Of a stretch of 64,000 bases of DNA, positions 17,681-28,172 are shown piece by piece. A model generated the notes under the pieces. That model worked only from the letters and a program-made list of their open reading frames with translations. It did not search any database and was not told the origin of the DNA. Position numbers and translations under genes: made by a program. This DNA comes from a virus, in IMG/VR virus record IMGVR_UViG_3300037572_000374, positions 1-64,000 of that record, one strand, 5' to 3'. The number at the start of each line of letters is the position of its first letter. Position 1 is the first letter of the stretch.

Positions 17681-18351
17681 TTTTTTATTGCTATTGCGAT
17701 TTGTGCAGCCATAATCCTGGCTCCTTGGTCATTATTGTGTACATGATCGTGATAGTTGTTTAAATTGATGCTACCATCTGCATTTAACATTGGGGTTCTT
17801 AAATCAATGATTTCAAACCCTGGTGTGCTGTCAAACATTTGACTTATGATCTCAGTCCTTGCTATGTGATTGCCATCACCATTGTCTGTTCTTGGTATCT
17901 CAGCACAATAGAATACTTTGGATCCTTGAGCTAGCTTCTGTGTTATGATAAAAGATATTGTGTCAACTGATGTTTGTAAATCTCTATCATTCGTTCCAAA
18001 CATGATAACATAAATGTCAGCCAAAGGAATATCATCATACCTATCCATCAAGTTCTGAGAATTGGATCCACCTACAGCATCATGACCAAAGTTGTATTGG
18101 TCTGTTAATGATCCCACAAAGACAAATCTATTCTTTGCCTTGTGGTTGATATAATATCTCAGCTTTGAACTTCCGTGGCTGATGAATCTGCTATCTCCAA
18201 TTGTCGATACAGTTTGAACTGGAGGGGGTGTTGGAATTATCTCAACCTCGTCAAACATTTTTTGTTCAGAATATAATTCTAACTGCTCATTGTCTTGACA
18301 ACTTGTAAACAATACAAGTGCTACTAAAAAATTTCTTATACTACTTATCAT
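17677..18351 (-). CDS. SGNH/GDSL hydrolase lipoprotein
   Basis: Lipobox LFTS-C; blocks IGDSR, FGTND and DHVH. Confidence 0.85.
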   Translation of the reverse strand: MISSIRNFLVALVLFTSCQDNEQLELYSEQKMFDEVEIIPTPPPVQTVSTIGDSRFISHGSSKLRYYINHKAKNRFVFVGSLTDQYNFGHDAVGGSNSQNLMDRYDDIPLADIYVIMFGTNDRDLQTSVDTISFIITQKLAQGSKVFYCAEIPRTDNGDGNHIARTEIISQMFDSTPGFEIIDLRTPMLNADGSINLNNYHDHVHNNDQGARIMAAQIAIAIKK

Positions 18352-19904
18352 AATAATTGATTTGGTTTTTATGTTGTTTTGCAATTGGAGTATTAAAGAG
18401 TGGTCCCACATTAACAATATTGTTATCCATTACATAATCAAATGCAGCTGGGCACCCCTCTATCTCCCAAACACGTCCAGTGCTGTCTTCAGTTACTACA
18501 AATATGTTTACATCATACTGCTCTTGCATTATATCATACTCTATGTAGTAATCGTTACCTTCTATTTTAAATTCGTGCACAGCTCCTCTTAGCAAAGCAT
18601 CTACCGATATTACTCCTTCACGCATTGTCATTTTTTTATATTTTTTAAAATTTGTGTAATTGATAATGGCATTACATCTTCCATTGTTGGATTCTCATCC
18701 CATTCTACTATTGCATCCGCCGGGTATCCTTTCAGGATTCTTTCACACTCCTTGTCTTGGACAAAGTCTGTTACTGACGTATTGATAAGGTGTCTCTTAC
18801 CGTTTATGACTAGTACCTCCATTAGATTATTGCTTTTAAGATTTTAATAGCTACCATTTGTTCTTCCTTAGTCATAGACATAAACTTTTCATTGAACTGT
18901 TCGTTGTCTACTAAGAACTGTGCTATCTTTTTATTCTGTTGTTTAGTTATAAATTTTTTCATAATTAATATTTTAAATTTGTTCCAAATGTTTTGTTGAA
19001 GTCTTCACATCCTATCTGAATAGGTCTCTCCTCAACAATGTACTCTCCTTTTCTAAGAATCGTTTCATACCCATCGAACCAATCGTTAAGCTCCTTTTGC
19101 CATTGTGCCTTTTGCTGCTCAGTACTGAGACATGCTCTTACTTGTGTCAATTGTAATTGACTTAAAATTAAATCCATTTATCTTTTGTATTTTGTGTTAT
19201 GATCTCTCCTTGGGTACTATAAAAAGTTTCTACAATTTGATTACCAGCATCTACAAATGCATACATTACATTTCCGCACGTACCATATAATGTTAAATCT
19301 TTTGTGTGTCCTAATATATTTTTCATATCTATAAATTGAATACTTCAGCAACTGTTAAGGCAACTACCCCTAGTACAATTATCTGCACTATGAAGATTAC
19401 TGTTTGTTTGGTTTCAGCTTTCATTATGCTCTTGGTATAACTTGTTTGTTAGCAAAATGGTCTATCTTTAAACCATTGCTTAGTGTAACTGTGTACAAAG
19501 GTTTTGTACTTGTAATCTTCTTGTAATTAAAAATGTAATTTAATAATGCCCTCATAATATTTATTTTAATTTTGGTAAAGATACTCTATCTAGAAACATC
19601 TAGCAACTTTTATTTGATTTATTTTTAAAACTTATTTGAAAGGCTTCTAAGCGATCCAAATAAGTTTTTGATATATCTTATCGTTTAGCAAACATTAAAG
19701 CTCTATAAACAAGTCATATGGAGTCTGAGCAAAGTACATTGGCATCAGTCCTTTAAGGTCTATAACAAATCCATATCTCATGTTGATAAGAAAATCATTG
19801 TTAGTTAATTCTTCAACTAGGGCTTCTCCACAAGTTGGGTACTTTATTGCATATGCATTTAGTGCTTCAAGTACTTGAGGTTTCAATTTTTGTAATAAGT
19901 TCAT
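18341..19904 (-). other. Cluster of short early ORFs (18341-18631, 18628-18822, 18965-19177, 19695-19904 and several under 60 aa)
   Basis: Driven by minus-strand promoters at 19576 and 19920. Confidence 0.65.
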
Positions 19905-20034
19905 AATTTCTATTTTTGGTAAAGATACTCTAAATGAAAACACTAGGCAACATTTATCTTATTTATTTTCAATTATTTATTAATTTTCTCATTTTTTCTA
20001 CTCTCCTGAGGACCACTTTTTAAAGGGTCTAACT

Positions 20035-20054
20035 TAACCTTCATATAATAGAAG
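20035..20054 (+). promoter_or_regulatory. 20-bp motif copy 2 (no downstream ORF)
   Basis: Exact copy of TAACCTTCATATAATAGAAG. Confidence 0.65.
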
Positions 20055-20207
20055 AAATAAAAATAAGAAGAAAAAAAAACAGTTTTATTTAAAGGGGTTT
20101 TTACAAGGTATATTAAAGAGAAGAAGAGGGATAAAAAAAAACGCGATTTCAATAATGCGCGCTTGAGATAAATTCGCCGCTTAAAATATTCCTCTATTTC
20201 ATAAAGA

Positions 20208-20241
20208 CAATAGAGGGATCCAATTACAGATCCCTCTATTT
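20208..20241. terminator. Hairpin terminator
   Basis: AATAGAGGGATC/GATCCCTCTATT inverted repeat. Confidence 0.75.
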
Positions 20242-20244
20242 GAA

Positions 20245-20940
20245 TTATTTGTTAGTTCTTATTATATTTCTAATGTAAGAAATGTGACCTCCTATTAGCA
20301 TTTGAATGTCTTTAGTTGACTTCCCTGCATTGAAAAGAATCATGATTTGTTCTTTCTTGCTTTGCTTGGTATCAACTTCAACTGCTTTTTCTTGAGTAGG
20401 ATTGTTAACTGTACCTGGCTTATCTCTTAATGTACAAATGAATCTCCAGTGAGAAGCTTTTTCAGTACAATTAACCCAAATTAATCTTGCGTGAGCTGTT
20501 CCTAAGAAGTCATTATCACCTCTTTGGTAAATTTCTCCAGTAATTAAGAAAGACATCTCTTGAGCTGACTCAATCCAAGTATCTTTTACTGTCAAATATC
20601 CTTTAGTTAATCCAAATCCTACTAATTTTTGAGATACATTAGCGATTTTTGCATCAAAATTCTCTTTAGCATCAGCTACCCAATCTAATTGGTTGGTGAA
20701 TTTTCTATCTAATTGACCTTGGATACGTCTAATTGACTGATCTAAATCCTTAATTTGACGAGAATCTGTAGTTTCACCTCTCTTATCCCACAATAAATCT
20801 ACTCTATTCTGTAATTGTTTAGTGTGAAAATGAACAACTGCACCATAAAATCTCTCTCTTAATGCGATTGTACTAGAATTCATTGTTCTGTAAGCCTTGT
20901 TATACTCATCTTTTGCTCTTTTTTCTGCTGCTTTTGACAT
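20245..20940 (-). CDS. Early protein with C-terminal HTH-like motif (start reassigned to 20940)
   Basis: Promoter at 20982; C-terminal GKSTKDIQMLIGGHISYIRNII. Confidence 0.65.
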   Translation of the reverse strand: MSKAAEKRAKDEYNKAYRTMNSSTIALRERFYGAVVHFHTKQLQNRVDLLWDKRGETTDSRQIKDLDQSIRRIQGQLDRKFTNQLDWVADAKENFDAKIANVSQKLVGFGLTKGYLTVKDTWIESAQEMSFLITGEIYQRGDNDFLGTAHARLIWVNCTEKASHWRFICTLRDKPGTVNNPTQEKAVEVDTKQSKKEQIMILFNAGKSTKDIQMLIGGHISYIRNIIRTNK

Positions 20941-21212
20941 AATTTTGTTGTTTTTTTGTTTGATTGTCCTTATTGACATCATAAAGATACTCTTTTTTAG
21001 ATATACAAAGCAACTTTTTGCTAAAAAAAGTGCCCTTTTTTTTAAAATAATTTTAAAATACCTATAATTACACTCCCAAACAACCCACAAAGATCCTTTT
21101 TTTTTTAAAGCGAGGCAACTTTTTTGTTATTTTTTTTAGATAATCGTCTATTTTTCACAGTATTTAGCTATAATTTTGCCAACATTAACACCCTGATACT
21201 GAGAATAATAGT

Positions 21213-21232
21213 TAACCTTCATATAATAGAAG
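21213..21232 (+). promoter_or_regulatory. 20-bp motif copy 3, heading the virion structural operon
   Basis: Exact copy of the motif. Confidence 0.7.
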
Positions 21233-21298
21233 GAAAAGTCGTTCTGTTTTACTGTAACATATTTTTCTTTAATAGTATTAATTTAAAATAATAGAATT

Positions 21299-21748
21299 AT
21301 GAGCAAAAGTATAGTAGTATCAGAACAGGAATTAAAAGAAGTGAAGTATCATGACTTATTAGCTAAGTTTACTGAGCTTGGTATTCCTCAAGTTTGGAAG
21401 GCTGGAAAGAAAAAGGCTACAATGATTGAAAAGGCCATTGAAGAATTAAAGATTAAAAAATCTTTAGAAGCTAAAGGGTTAAGTGAAAAAGAAGTTGAAG
21501 TAGAACTTGAAGCAATCAAAGAAAAGAAAGTTGAACTACAGCAGGCTGAAAAGCTTGAGGTAGCAATACAAGCAGAATTAGAAGAAAAGAAAGAAGTTAA
21601 GAAAGTAGTAGATGCAGATCTCTCGAGAGAAGTAATTGAAGCTAACTTAGTAAACATTAAGAAGCAGATGATACAATGTGTACCAGCTCACAGAATGATT
21701 CTTATCAAGAAGAGAGATTTATTATTAGATCTTCTTTCTAAAATATAA
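21299..21748 (+). CDS. Coiled-coil hypothetical protein
   Basis: E/K-rich ORF. Confidence 0.7.
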   Translation: MSKSIVVSEQELKEVKYHDLLAKFTELGIPQVWKAGKKKATMIEKAIEELKIKKSLEAKGLSEKEVEVELEAIKEKKVELQQAEKLEVAIQAELEEKKEVKKVVDADLSREVIEANLVNIKKQMIQCVPAHRMILIKKRDLLLDLLSKI

Positions 21749-21816
21749 TACATTGGGGAGGCCATGCATGTAAAAGCCCTGTCTCCCTTTTATGTATCTG
21801 CTTAAAAGACAAATAC

Positions 21817-22575
21817 ATGAAAAAGATAAAAGTATTACCAAGCATAAAGTTAAAGCATCTTGATAGTATATCTCAAGAGACTCCAGAGTATGCTACAATA
21901 ATGAAAGAGGAGTTGGGTTTTAAAAATAATTGGTTCAAAAGAAAGTTTCACTTTATAAATAATTTCAAAACAGCTTTCTTGCTTGTTAATGAAATTAGAG
22001 GAATTGATCCAACAGAATTAACTTGGACAGAAGAGTGTCCAATTTTAAAGCCAGACAATATTGACTTCATTACGTTTCAAGCAATGATGGAATTACAAGC
22101 ATTATTAAATGGAGCTAAAGATGTAAAAGATATTACAGATCTAATTGCACAGTCAATTACAATTGCATGCTTCTCAGCTAATCATAAAGAGTTAGATTAT
22201 GATAGTGAGGGTGAAGTATTTGAAAAATTTAAAAATAAAATACTTAACTATAAGTATGTCGACATGATGGGTCTTTACAATTGGATTGTAAAGAGTTTGA
22301 CTCAATCGGCAGATGATTGGAATCAAAGATTCTTTTCAGTTGAGGTTAAAGATGTAGATTATGATTTAGCTGGAGGACATAGAATGTTTCAGTTTAATGT
22401 AATCATGACAATCAAAACAATATGTGAGGACTTCAATCTTCCATTTAAAGAAGCATGGCAGTTGAGTTATAATCTAGTACAGACAAACTCATATGCAAAA
22501 GCAACACAAGCACACATCCAAGATCAAATGAGAATTTTGAAAGAAGGAAAGATGAATGCTAAAAGAGGAAACTAA
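21817..22575 (+). CDS. Putative tail assembly chaperone
   Basis: Position in the morphogenesis operon; helical. Confidence 0.4.
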   Translation: MKKIKVLPSIKLKHLDSISQETPEYATIMKEELGFKNNWFKRKFHFINNFKTAFLLVNEIRGIDPTELTWTEECPILKPDNIDFITFQAMMELQALLNGAKDVKDITDLIAQSITIACFSANHKELDYDSEGEVFEKFKNKILNYKYVDMMGLYNWIVKSLTQSADDWNQRFFSVEVKDVDYDLAGGHRMFQFNVIMTIKTICEDFNLPFKEAWQLSYNLVQTNSYAKATQAHIQDQMRILKEGKMNAKRGN

Positions 22576-22683
22576 ATTGGCAAGCAATATTACAGTCAGA
22601 AATATATTTCGCAAGTTATAAATTGGAGATATACGTCACGGACGAATTGGCTACTTGCTTGCTTTAATTTAAAAATAAACATC

Positions 22684-23136
22684 ATGGATGATAAGAAAAA
22701 AAAGAAAACTAGAATAGGTAGATTTTTACAATCGATCAATTTTAAGAAGGCTGCTGGTGTAGTTGGTAACTTGGTTACCGGAGACATTAAGGGAGCTTTG
22801 GATATCATATCTGACAAGGATAATGGAATGACTGATGCTGAAAGAGATTTTGCATTAACAGTTATGAAATTAGATATCCAAGAAATGGAATCAGTTACTC
22901 AGAGATGGGATTCAGATATGAAGTCTGATTCTTGGTTGAGTAAGAATGTAAGACCTATGAGTTTAGTTTTTCTAACAATATCAACTATGGTATTAATATA
23001 TTTAGATTTCTATCATGGAGTTGAATTAGATGTACCAGGAGAGTGGATTGAGTTACTCAAGTCATTATTGTTAGGAGTATACATTGCATACTTTGGTTCA
23101 AGAGGAGTTGAAAAATATAAATCAATAAGTAAATAA
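22684..23136 (+). CDS. Holin, 3TM-holin family
   Basis: RWDSDMKSDSWLSKNVRP followed by TM helices and YFGSRG. Confidence 0.8.
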   Translation: MDDKKKKKTRIGRFLQSINFKKAAGVVGNLVTGDIKGALDIISDKDNGMTDAERDFALTVMKLDIQEMESVTQRWDSDMKSDSWLSKNVRPMSLVFLTISTMVLIYLDFYHGVELDVPGEWIELLKSLLLGVYIAYFGSRGVEKYKSISK

Positions 23137-23142
23137 AAAAAT

Positions 23143-23592
23143 ATGATAGCAGATATAACAATTGCTGCACAAGCAGTAGGAATTACTGCTGTTGTAACAA
23201 ACAGTAGAGAAAAAATTGAAACTCAATTAAATCGAATTACTGGAATTGAAAATTTACCTTTAATGTTGGTCTCTTGGGATATGGAGTCAACTATTGCGTT
23301 TGATGACAATGGCTTCCTAACTAACCCAGTTACAAATGTAGTTGCTTTATTAATGGATAAAGCAGAAGACACATCGAAAGATGAAGCAGAGGCAACAGCT
23401 GAAGCAATGGGATTATTATATCAAAGATTTTTAATTGAATTAAGAAAGCAATTGATACAATATCAAAAAGTGCAGGGTGCAGATATTCTTTCAGAGATAT
23501 CTTATACCTTAGTGCCAAAGCATGGGCTTGGAAAGCATTCAGGGATCCTTGGAAGATTTACAATGCAATCTCAGATTGTAGATAACTGTTAA
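23143..23592 (+). CDS. Putative tail terminator/completion protein
   Basis: Size and position only. Confidence 0.4.
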   Translation: MIADITIAAQAVGITAVVTNSREKIETQLNRITGIENLPLMLVSWDMESTIAFDDNGFLTNPVTNVVALLMDKAEDTSKDEAEATAEAMGLLYQRFLIELRKQLIQYQKVQGADILSEISYTLVPKHGLGKHSGILGRFTMQSQIVDNC

Positions 23593-23604
23593 AATTAAAA
23601 AGAT

Positions 23605-24048
23605 ATGAGTTTTGTTTCAATAGCAAAAGATTTCTTATTACTTGTGAAGGGAGAATTGGATCCTTACACAACACAGAAATCTGAAATTAAGGTGGCAAAC
23701 TTTTTATCAGTTTCAATCTTTACACCAGCACACGTACAATTTGCTGCTTATGGAAGAGGACCAGGAAAACAACCACCACTGGATCCATTAATTGAATGGG
23801 TTAGAAAAAAGGGAATTGTTACTGGAGAAAAGAATATTAGAGGTGCTGCATTTGCAATAGCCAAAAGTATTGGAAAGAAAGGAACAAAGAATTATGTATC
23901 CAATGCTCCCAATGTAATAGAGGAAGCATTAGAAAAGCATTTGCACTTCTATGCAAATAAGCTGAATGACAATCACATAAAGAAAACTATAGAAAAACTT
24001 GATAGTAAGTATAAGAGTGATCTTAAACAAATCAAAGTTAGTTTATAA
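23605..24048 (+). CDS. Putative neck/tail-completion protein
   Basis: GRGPGKQPP...WVRKKG...AFAIAKSIGKKG motif common in phage neck proteins. Confidence 0.6.
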   Translation: MSFVSIAKDFLLLVKGELDPYTTQKSEIKVANFLSVSIFTPAHVQFAAYGRGPGKQPPLDPLIEWVRKKGIVTGEKNIRGAAFAIAKSIGKKGTKNYVSNAPNVIEEALEKHLHFYANKLNDNHIKKTIEKLDSKYKSDLKQIKVSL

Positions 24049-24119
24049 AAAATAGCTAGTTGTAAATTAGAATTTACCCAGTCGAAGCAAAATCGAAATT
24101 AGCAACAAAAAATAAAAAT

Positions 24120-24287
24120 ATGAAATCAGAAGGATTAGGAGATTCAATAGAGAAGTTCACTAAGGCTACTGGTATCAAAAAAGCAGTAGAAATGGTCTTG
24201 GGGAAAGATTGTGGATGTGAAGAAAGAAAAGAAATTTTGAATAAGAAGTTTCCATATAGAAATAAAAACGGAAACATAAAAAGATAG
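24120..24287 (+). CDS. 55-aa conserved phage protein (GLGDSIEKFTKATGIK...CGCEERK)
   Basis: Translated by hand; recognisable small phage family of unknown function. Confidence 0.7.
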   Translation: MKSEGLGDSIEKFTKATGIKKAVEMVLGKDCGCEERKEILNKKFPYRNKNGNIKR

Positions 24288-24319
24288 GCTTAGGCCATGA
24301 ATTTAAAAACAAAATAAAC

Positions 24320-25327
24320 ATGGCATTAACTATACAGACTGAAATCTTAGGTCAAGAGGCTACAAGTGCAAATACTTATTGTTACTTATATGAGCCTTTA
24401 AGAGTTGTAATTACTGAAAGTGATGCAACAGCAACAAAAATATTTATTGAATTAGAAATTTTAGAAACTTCTAATCACACTACTGTGGTTGAGAATTTAG
24501 TTAACTATGGAGAGTATGATATTAATTCAGGACAATCTCTTTCTGTAGATTTAATGAAACTAGCTCAACAGCATCATGATGCAAGAGTATATAAATATTC
24601 TACAGTTAGTGAAATTACAGACAATACAATTGGATGGCACTCTGTGGTATCTAGATATGTATATAAGTTTAAAATAACTTCAGATATTACTACTACAGCA
24701 ACCAATGTTTTAAAGCAGCCAATTATTGGTGGAAGAGCTTTTCCAGACTTTGTAGCTACAGTAGATTCAACTCAAGATTTAACTGAGGGATATATAGAGA
24801 ATGTTGATATGGTTGGTAGGTTTAAACTATTCCCATCATTCGCATGCTCTCTAGTTTCTCCAACACTTCAAGATTCAAGTCCAAGTATAACTTCTTTCAC
24901 CTCTGGTGTAGGAGCTGATGTATGTGGAGGTTTTCTAATTTGGAAAAGTAGATTTGGAGGATGGATGTCTTGGGGATTCAAGCTGAAGGTAGAAACTCAA
25001 GCAAGACAATACTCAGGAAACATTGAGGGTGGAATGTTTGATTCAACCTTAGATGTGGGAGGTAATCCTTACATAGGAGTTGACTATACTGGAATTACTA
25101 CATCTTATGGAGTAAAGTTAAAAGAACTCAATTTAACGAGCGAAGAATTAAGAGCAGTGGCAGGCTTACAAGCCTCACCAGCTGTTTATTATATGAAAAC
25201 TGCTACAAGTTCATTAGAACTTATGAGAGTGTCTTCAGTTAGTGCACCAATAGATAACAAAGCTAATGGTGGAGACTTTTCTGTAACACTAAAAAGCATT
25301 TCTCAGTCATCACAAAAGACAAGATAA
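24320..25327 (+). CDS. Tail tip/distal tail structural protein
   Basis: WKSRFGGW motif, beta-rich, in the tail region. Confidence 0.55.
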   Translation: MALTIQTEILGQEATSANTYCYLYEPLRVVITESDATATKIFIELEILETSNHTTVVENLVNYGEYDINSGQSLSVDLMKLAQQHHDARVYKYSTVSEITDNTIGWHSVVSRYVYKFKITSDITTTATNVLKQPIIGGRAFPDFVATVDSTQDLTEGYIENVDMVGRFKLFPSFACSLVSPTLQDSSPSITSFTSGVGADVCGGFLIWKSRFGGWMSWGFKLKVETQARQYSGNIEGGMFDSTLDVGGNPYIGVDYTGITTSYGVKLKELNLTSEELRAVAGLQASPAVYYMKTATSSLELMRVSSVSAPIDNKANGGDFSVTLKSISQSSQKTR

Positions 25328-25330
25328 AGA

Positions 25331-28162
25331 ATGGGAACGAGAATTGAAATATATAAAAATGAAGAGTGGCAAGCTCTTCAGCTGTCTAACAAGACTGCTA
25401 TAAAGTACAATGCTGTTATAAACAAAATTGGAAAAGTTGCATCAAGGGAGATTAGTCACACCAATACTTTCGATCTCCCACCAACACATCAAAATATAAA
25501 GACATTAGGATTGAACGTTTTCAATCCTTCTGATCTTGCAAAAGCAATGAATGCAAAATATGTCGCAAGATATTATGTAGAAGATAAACTTCTACAAAAA
25601 GGATTCATTGTAATTAATAATACAAATGGTGGATCAATTAAAGTAAATTTAATTGACGAAGCCTTAGATTTAACAACCAAGTGGGGATCAATGTCTTATC
25701 AAGACTTACTAATGAGTGAGTCAATAGATATCCCAGCCGATTATGTAACAGCCATTGATGAGTTGAAAGCATACGACATGGACAAGACAGATGTGTTAGA
25801 TCTATTAAGTGAAGTAGGAACAAGAGGATATAATTTATGTTTGTTCCCTCACAACTTAAACATCATTGGAGATGATTTTCAAATCGACGACAATGGAGTA
25901 AGAGTTGACAATGCATTTAATCCATATCAGTCAAGACCAATTTTTAGTGCAAAGGCATTGTTTGATCTTGCAACTGAATCGTTTGGATATACTCCAACGT
26001 ATGATGACACAATAGATTGGGATGTAGTCGATAAGACTTTCATCGTCAATAATGGATTAGAGAAAAATGCAAAAGGAGAAAATGGAATACAGACTAAGGT
26101 TGGAGCTAACATAGCATTCAATGGACCTTACAATGTAGACTATGCAGGAGCTGAATCAAACTTCCATAGTGGATATACATTATTCAATTACCCATCAACA
26201 AGTTCATTGAAACCAAATGACGTTGCAGGTTGGGTCAATCCAACATCGTTGGTATATTACAATTACTTTTTCGATGTTCCAAATTTGGATCCATGGATGA
26301 GTGAGAATTCAATATATGTACCAGATGTTGCAGCAGGAAATGTTGGAACAATAACTATGAGGGGTGTTTATGGAGAATCAGTTGGTACTGAGAATCAAAT
26401 CGTTCATATGATTTGGAAGAATGCCACTCCTGGAGGAAATATAATTACAAGTGAATCTACTACAATAGATGTTACACCAATGGCTTCAAATGCCATAGAG
26501 GTAGTTATAAATAAAACGTTATTTGATACTGTGCCAGCTGGAGCAGATTCTTTAATTGGAATCATGTTTTCATATGGAAGAAGTCAATTACAAGTTGGTC
26601 TGTCTCAGATTAGAAACATGACTGTAACTGAAACGTTTTTACCAGAAGGTGTAGTTGCTTTTGATGAGCAAGGACAATACTTACCTGATGAAGTAGATCT
26701 TAGATATGCAGCACCAAGTAAAAGTATTAAAGACATACTATCTGGTGTGATGCATAAAGAAGGAATCTTGATGAATGTCAATTCGTTTGACAAAACAATT
26801 AAGTTCTTTGCTTATGGAGAATATCAAACGCAAAAAGAAAGTGGAAACTATTATGACTGGTCAGATTATTTGATTAGAGACGGATCCTTTTTACACAATA
26901 CAGATTATGGAAAGAGTTTTGGTAGATCAAATGTCATAGGACTATCTTCTCCATATCCAGGAAATACATTTATCTACTCCTTAGAAAATCAAGGAGAGGA
27001 TTCTAAATATAAAGAATCTGTAAATAATTTTGTATCTCAATTTAGTGATATAATAAATGTTCAAGAAATAAATAATTCACTAGTACCTTATTTTGAATAC
27101 GAACACAAGGGATTTGGATTGGTAGAACAAGAAGGAACTTTGGGTACATTAAGTCAACAAAGATTTAATGGAGTAACTCAAGGAAGTTTAGTAGGATTAC
27201 CCAAGCTAGCAAATGTCAACTATGCAATACTTCCAAGTGGAGTTAGGCAGTGGTATGATCTTGTTGATAAGGCTGTTAGGGTGAATGCTAAATTTCTTCT
27301 ACCAGTTGATGTTGTAAAGAACATTGATCTAAGTCAACCAGTATATGTTGAAGAATTAGGAGGGTTTTATATTATAGAGGAGATTGCAGAATATGTAAAT
27401 GGTCAGCAACAAGTAACTGTTAAGTTGATAAAACTTATAGATAACTTGTTAGGAGATTATGATACTGGAGGAGCAATTGATATAGCTGCTGGAGTAACAT
27501 TAGTTTCAACAGCTTATGCACCCAACAATCTTGTTGGACCATTTAATTATGGAGTGTACAATGTTGTGAATTTTGCAAACTATACTCCAATATCAGCAGA
27601 AATATCTTATCAAAAGTTAACTGATAATATCGATAATGGAGGAGTAGCTACTGGCTCTCCATCTGTTGTAGACTTTACAGCTAATTTAGGATCACCTTAT
27701 ACAAACATCAATATAAATCTTGCGGCATCAATACCAATTACAGCTGCAGAGGAAGGATGGTATGAAATTCAGGTGAGTGCTGATAATGCAGCAAGTGAAG
27801 CATTATCTTCAAATATAGAATATGCTTATTTAGGTGATTCGTCGCCACCACCAGCTCCAAGTGTGAGTGTGTATGTGGATTTATTCCCTACAATTACACC
27901 AGCAAGTGGATCTGAGTATATGGTCTTTTCATACGATAATCATACAGCTCTACCAACAAGTTCAGTACTTACTTGGCAGAAGTGGGGTTATTTAACACAA
28001 GTTCCTTTAGGAATAGAAAGAACAACTACATTCCCAACGAATGTAAGTTCTGGAACACAGTTAGTAGACTTTATAGATGGAGCAGGGTTTTACCATGTAA
28101 CTTTAACAACCAATGAAGGAGAATCTGAAGAATTATTCATAGGAGGACATTTCATAACTTAA
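25331..28162 (+). CDS. Large tail tip/hub protein
   Basis: SHTNTFDLPPT-type N-terminus, beta-rich C-terminal domains, next to the tape measure gene. Confidence 0.65.
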   Translation: MGTRIEIYKNEEWQALQLSNKTAIKYNAVINKIGKVASREISHTNTFDLPPTHQNIKTLGLNVFNPSDLAKAMNAKYVARYYVEDKLLQKGFIVINNTNGGSIKVNLIDEALDLTTKWGSMSYQDLLMSESIDIPADYVTAIDELKAYDMDKTDVLDLLSEVGTRGYNLCLFPHNLNIIGDDFQIDDNGVRVDNAFNPYQSRPIFSAKALFDLATESFGYTPTYDDTIDWDVVDKTFIVNNGLEKNAKGENGIQTKVGANIAFNGPYNVDYAGAESNFHSGYTLFNYPSTSSLKPNDVAGWVNPTSLVYYNYFFDVPNLDPWMSENSIYVPDVAAGNVGTITMRGVYGESVGTENQIVHMIWKNATPGGNIITSESTTIDVTPMASNAIEVVINKTLFDTVPAGADSLIGIMFSYGRSQLQVGLSQIRNMTVTETFLPEGVVAFDEQGQYLPDEVDLRYAAPSKSIKDILSGVMHKEGILMNVNSFDKTIKFFAYGEYQTQKESGNYYDWSDYLIRDGSFLHNTDYGKSFGRSNVIGLSSPYPGNTFIYSLENQGEDSKYKESVNNFVSQFSDIINVQEINNSLVPYFEYEHKGFGLVEQEGTLGTLSQQRFNGVTQGSLVGLPKLANVNYAILPSGVRQWYDLVDKAVRVNAKFLLPVDVVKNIDLSQPVYVEELGGFYIIEEIAEYVNGQQQVTVKLIKLIDNLLGDYDTGGAIDIAAGVTLVSTAYAPNNLVGPFNYGVYNVVNFANYTPISAEISYQKLTDNIDNGGVATGSPSVVDFTANLGSPYTNININLAASIPITAAEEGWYEIQVSADNAASEALSSNIEYAYLGDSSPPPAPSVSVYVDLFPTITPASGSEYMVFSYDNHTALPTSSVLTWQKWGYLTQVPLGIERTTTFPTNVSSGTQLVDFIDGAGFYHVTLTTNEGESEELFIGGHFIT

Positions 28163-28172
28163 AAAAAATGAC

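Noticed and set aside
21299-22575. Programmed frameshift in a tail assembly chaperone
   Set aside because: No overlapping ORF pair with a convincing slippery site was found, and the gene is not adjacent to the tape measure gene.
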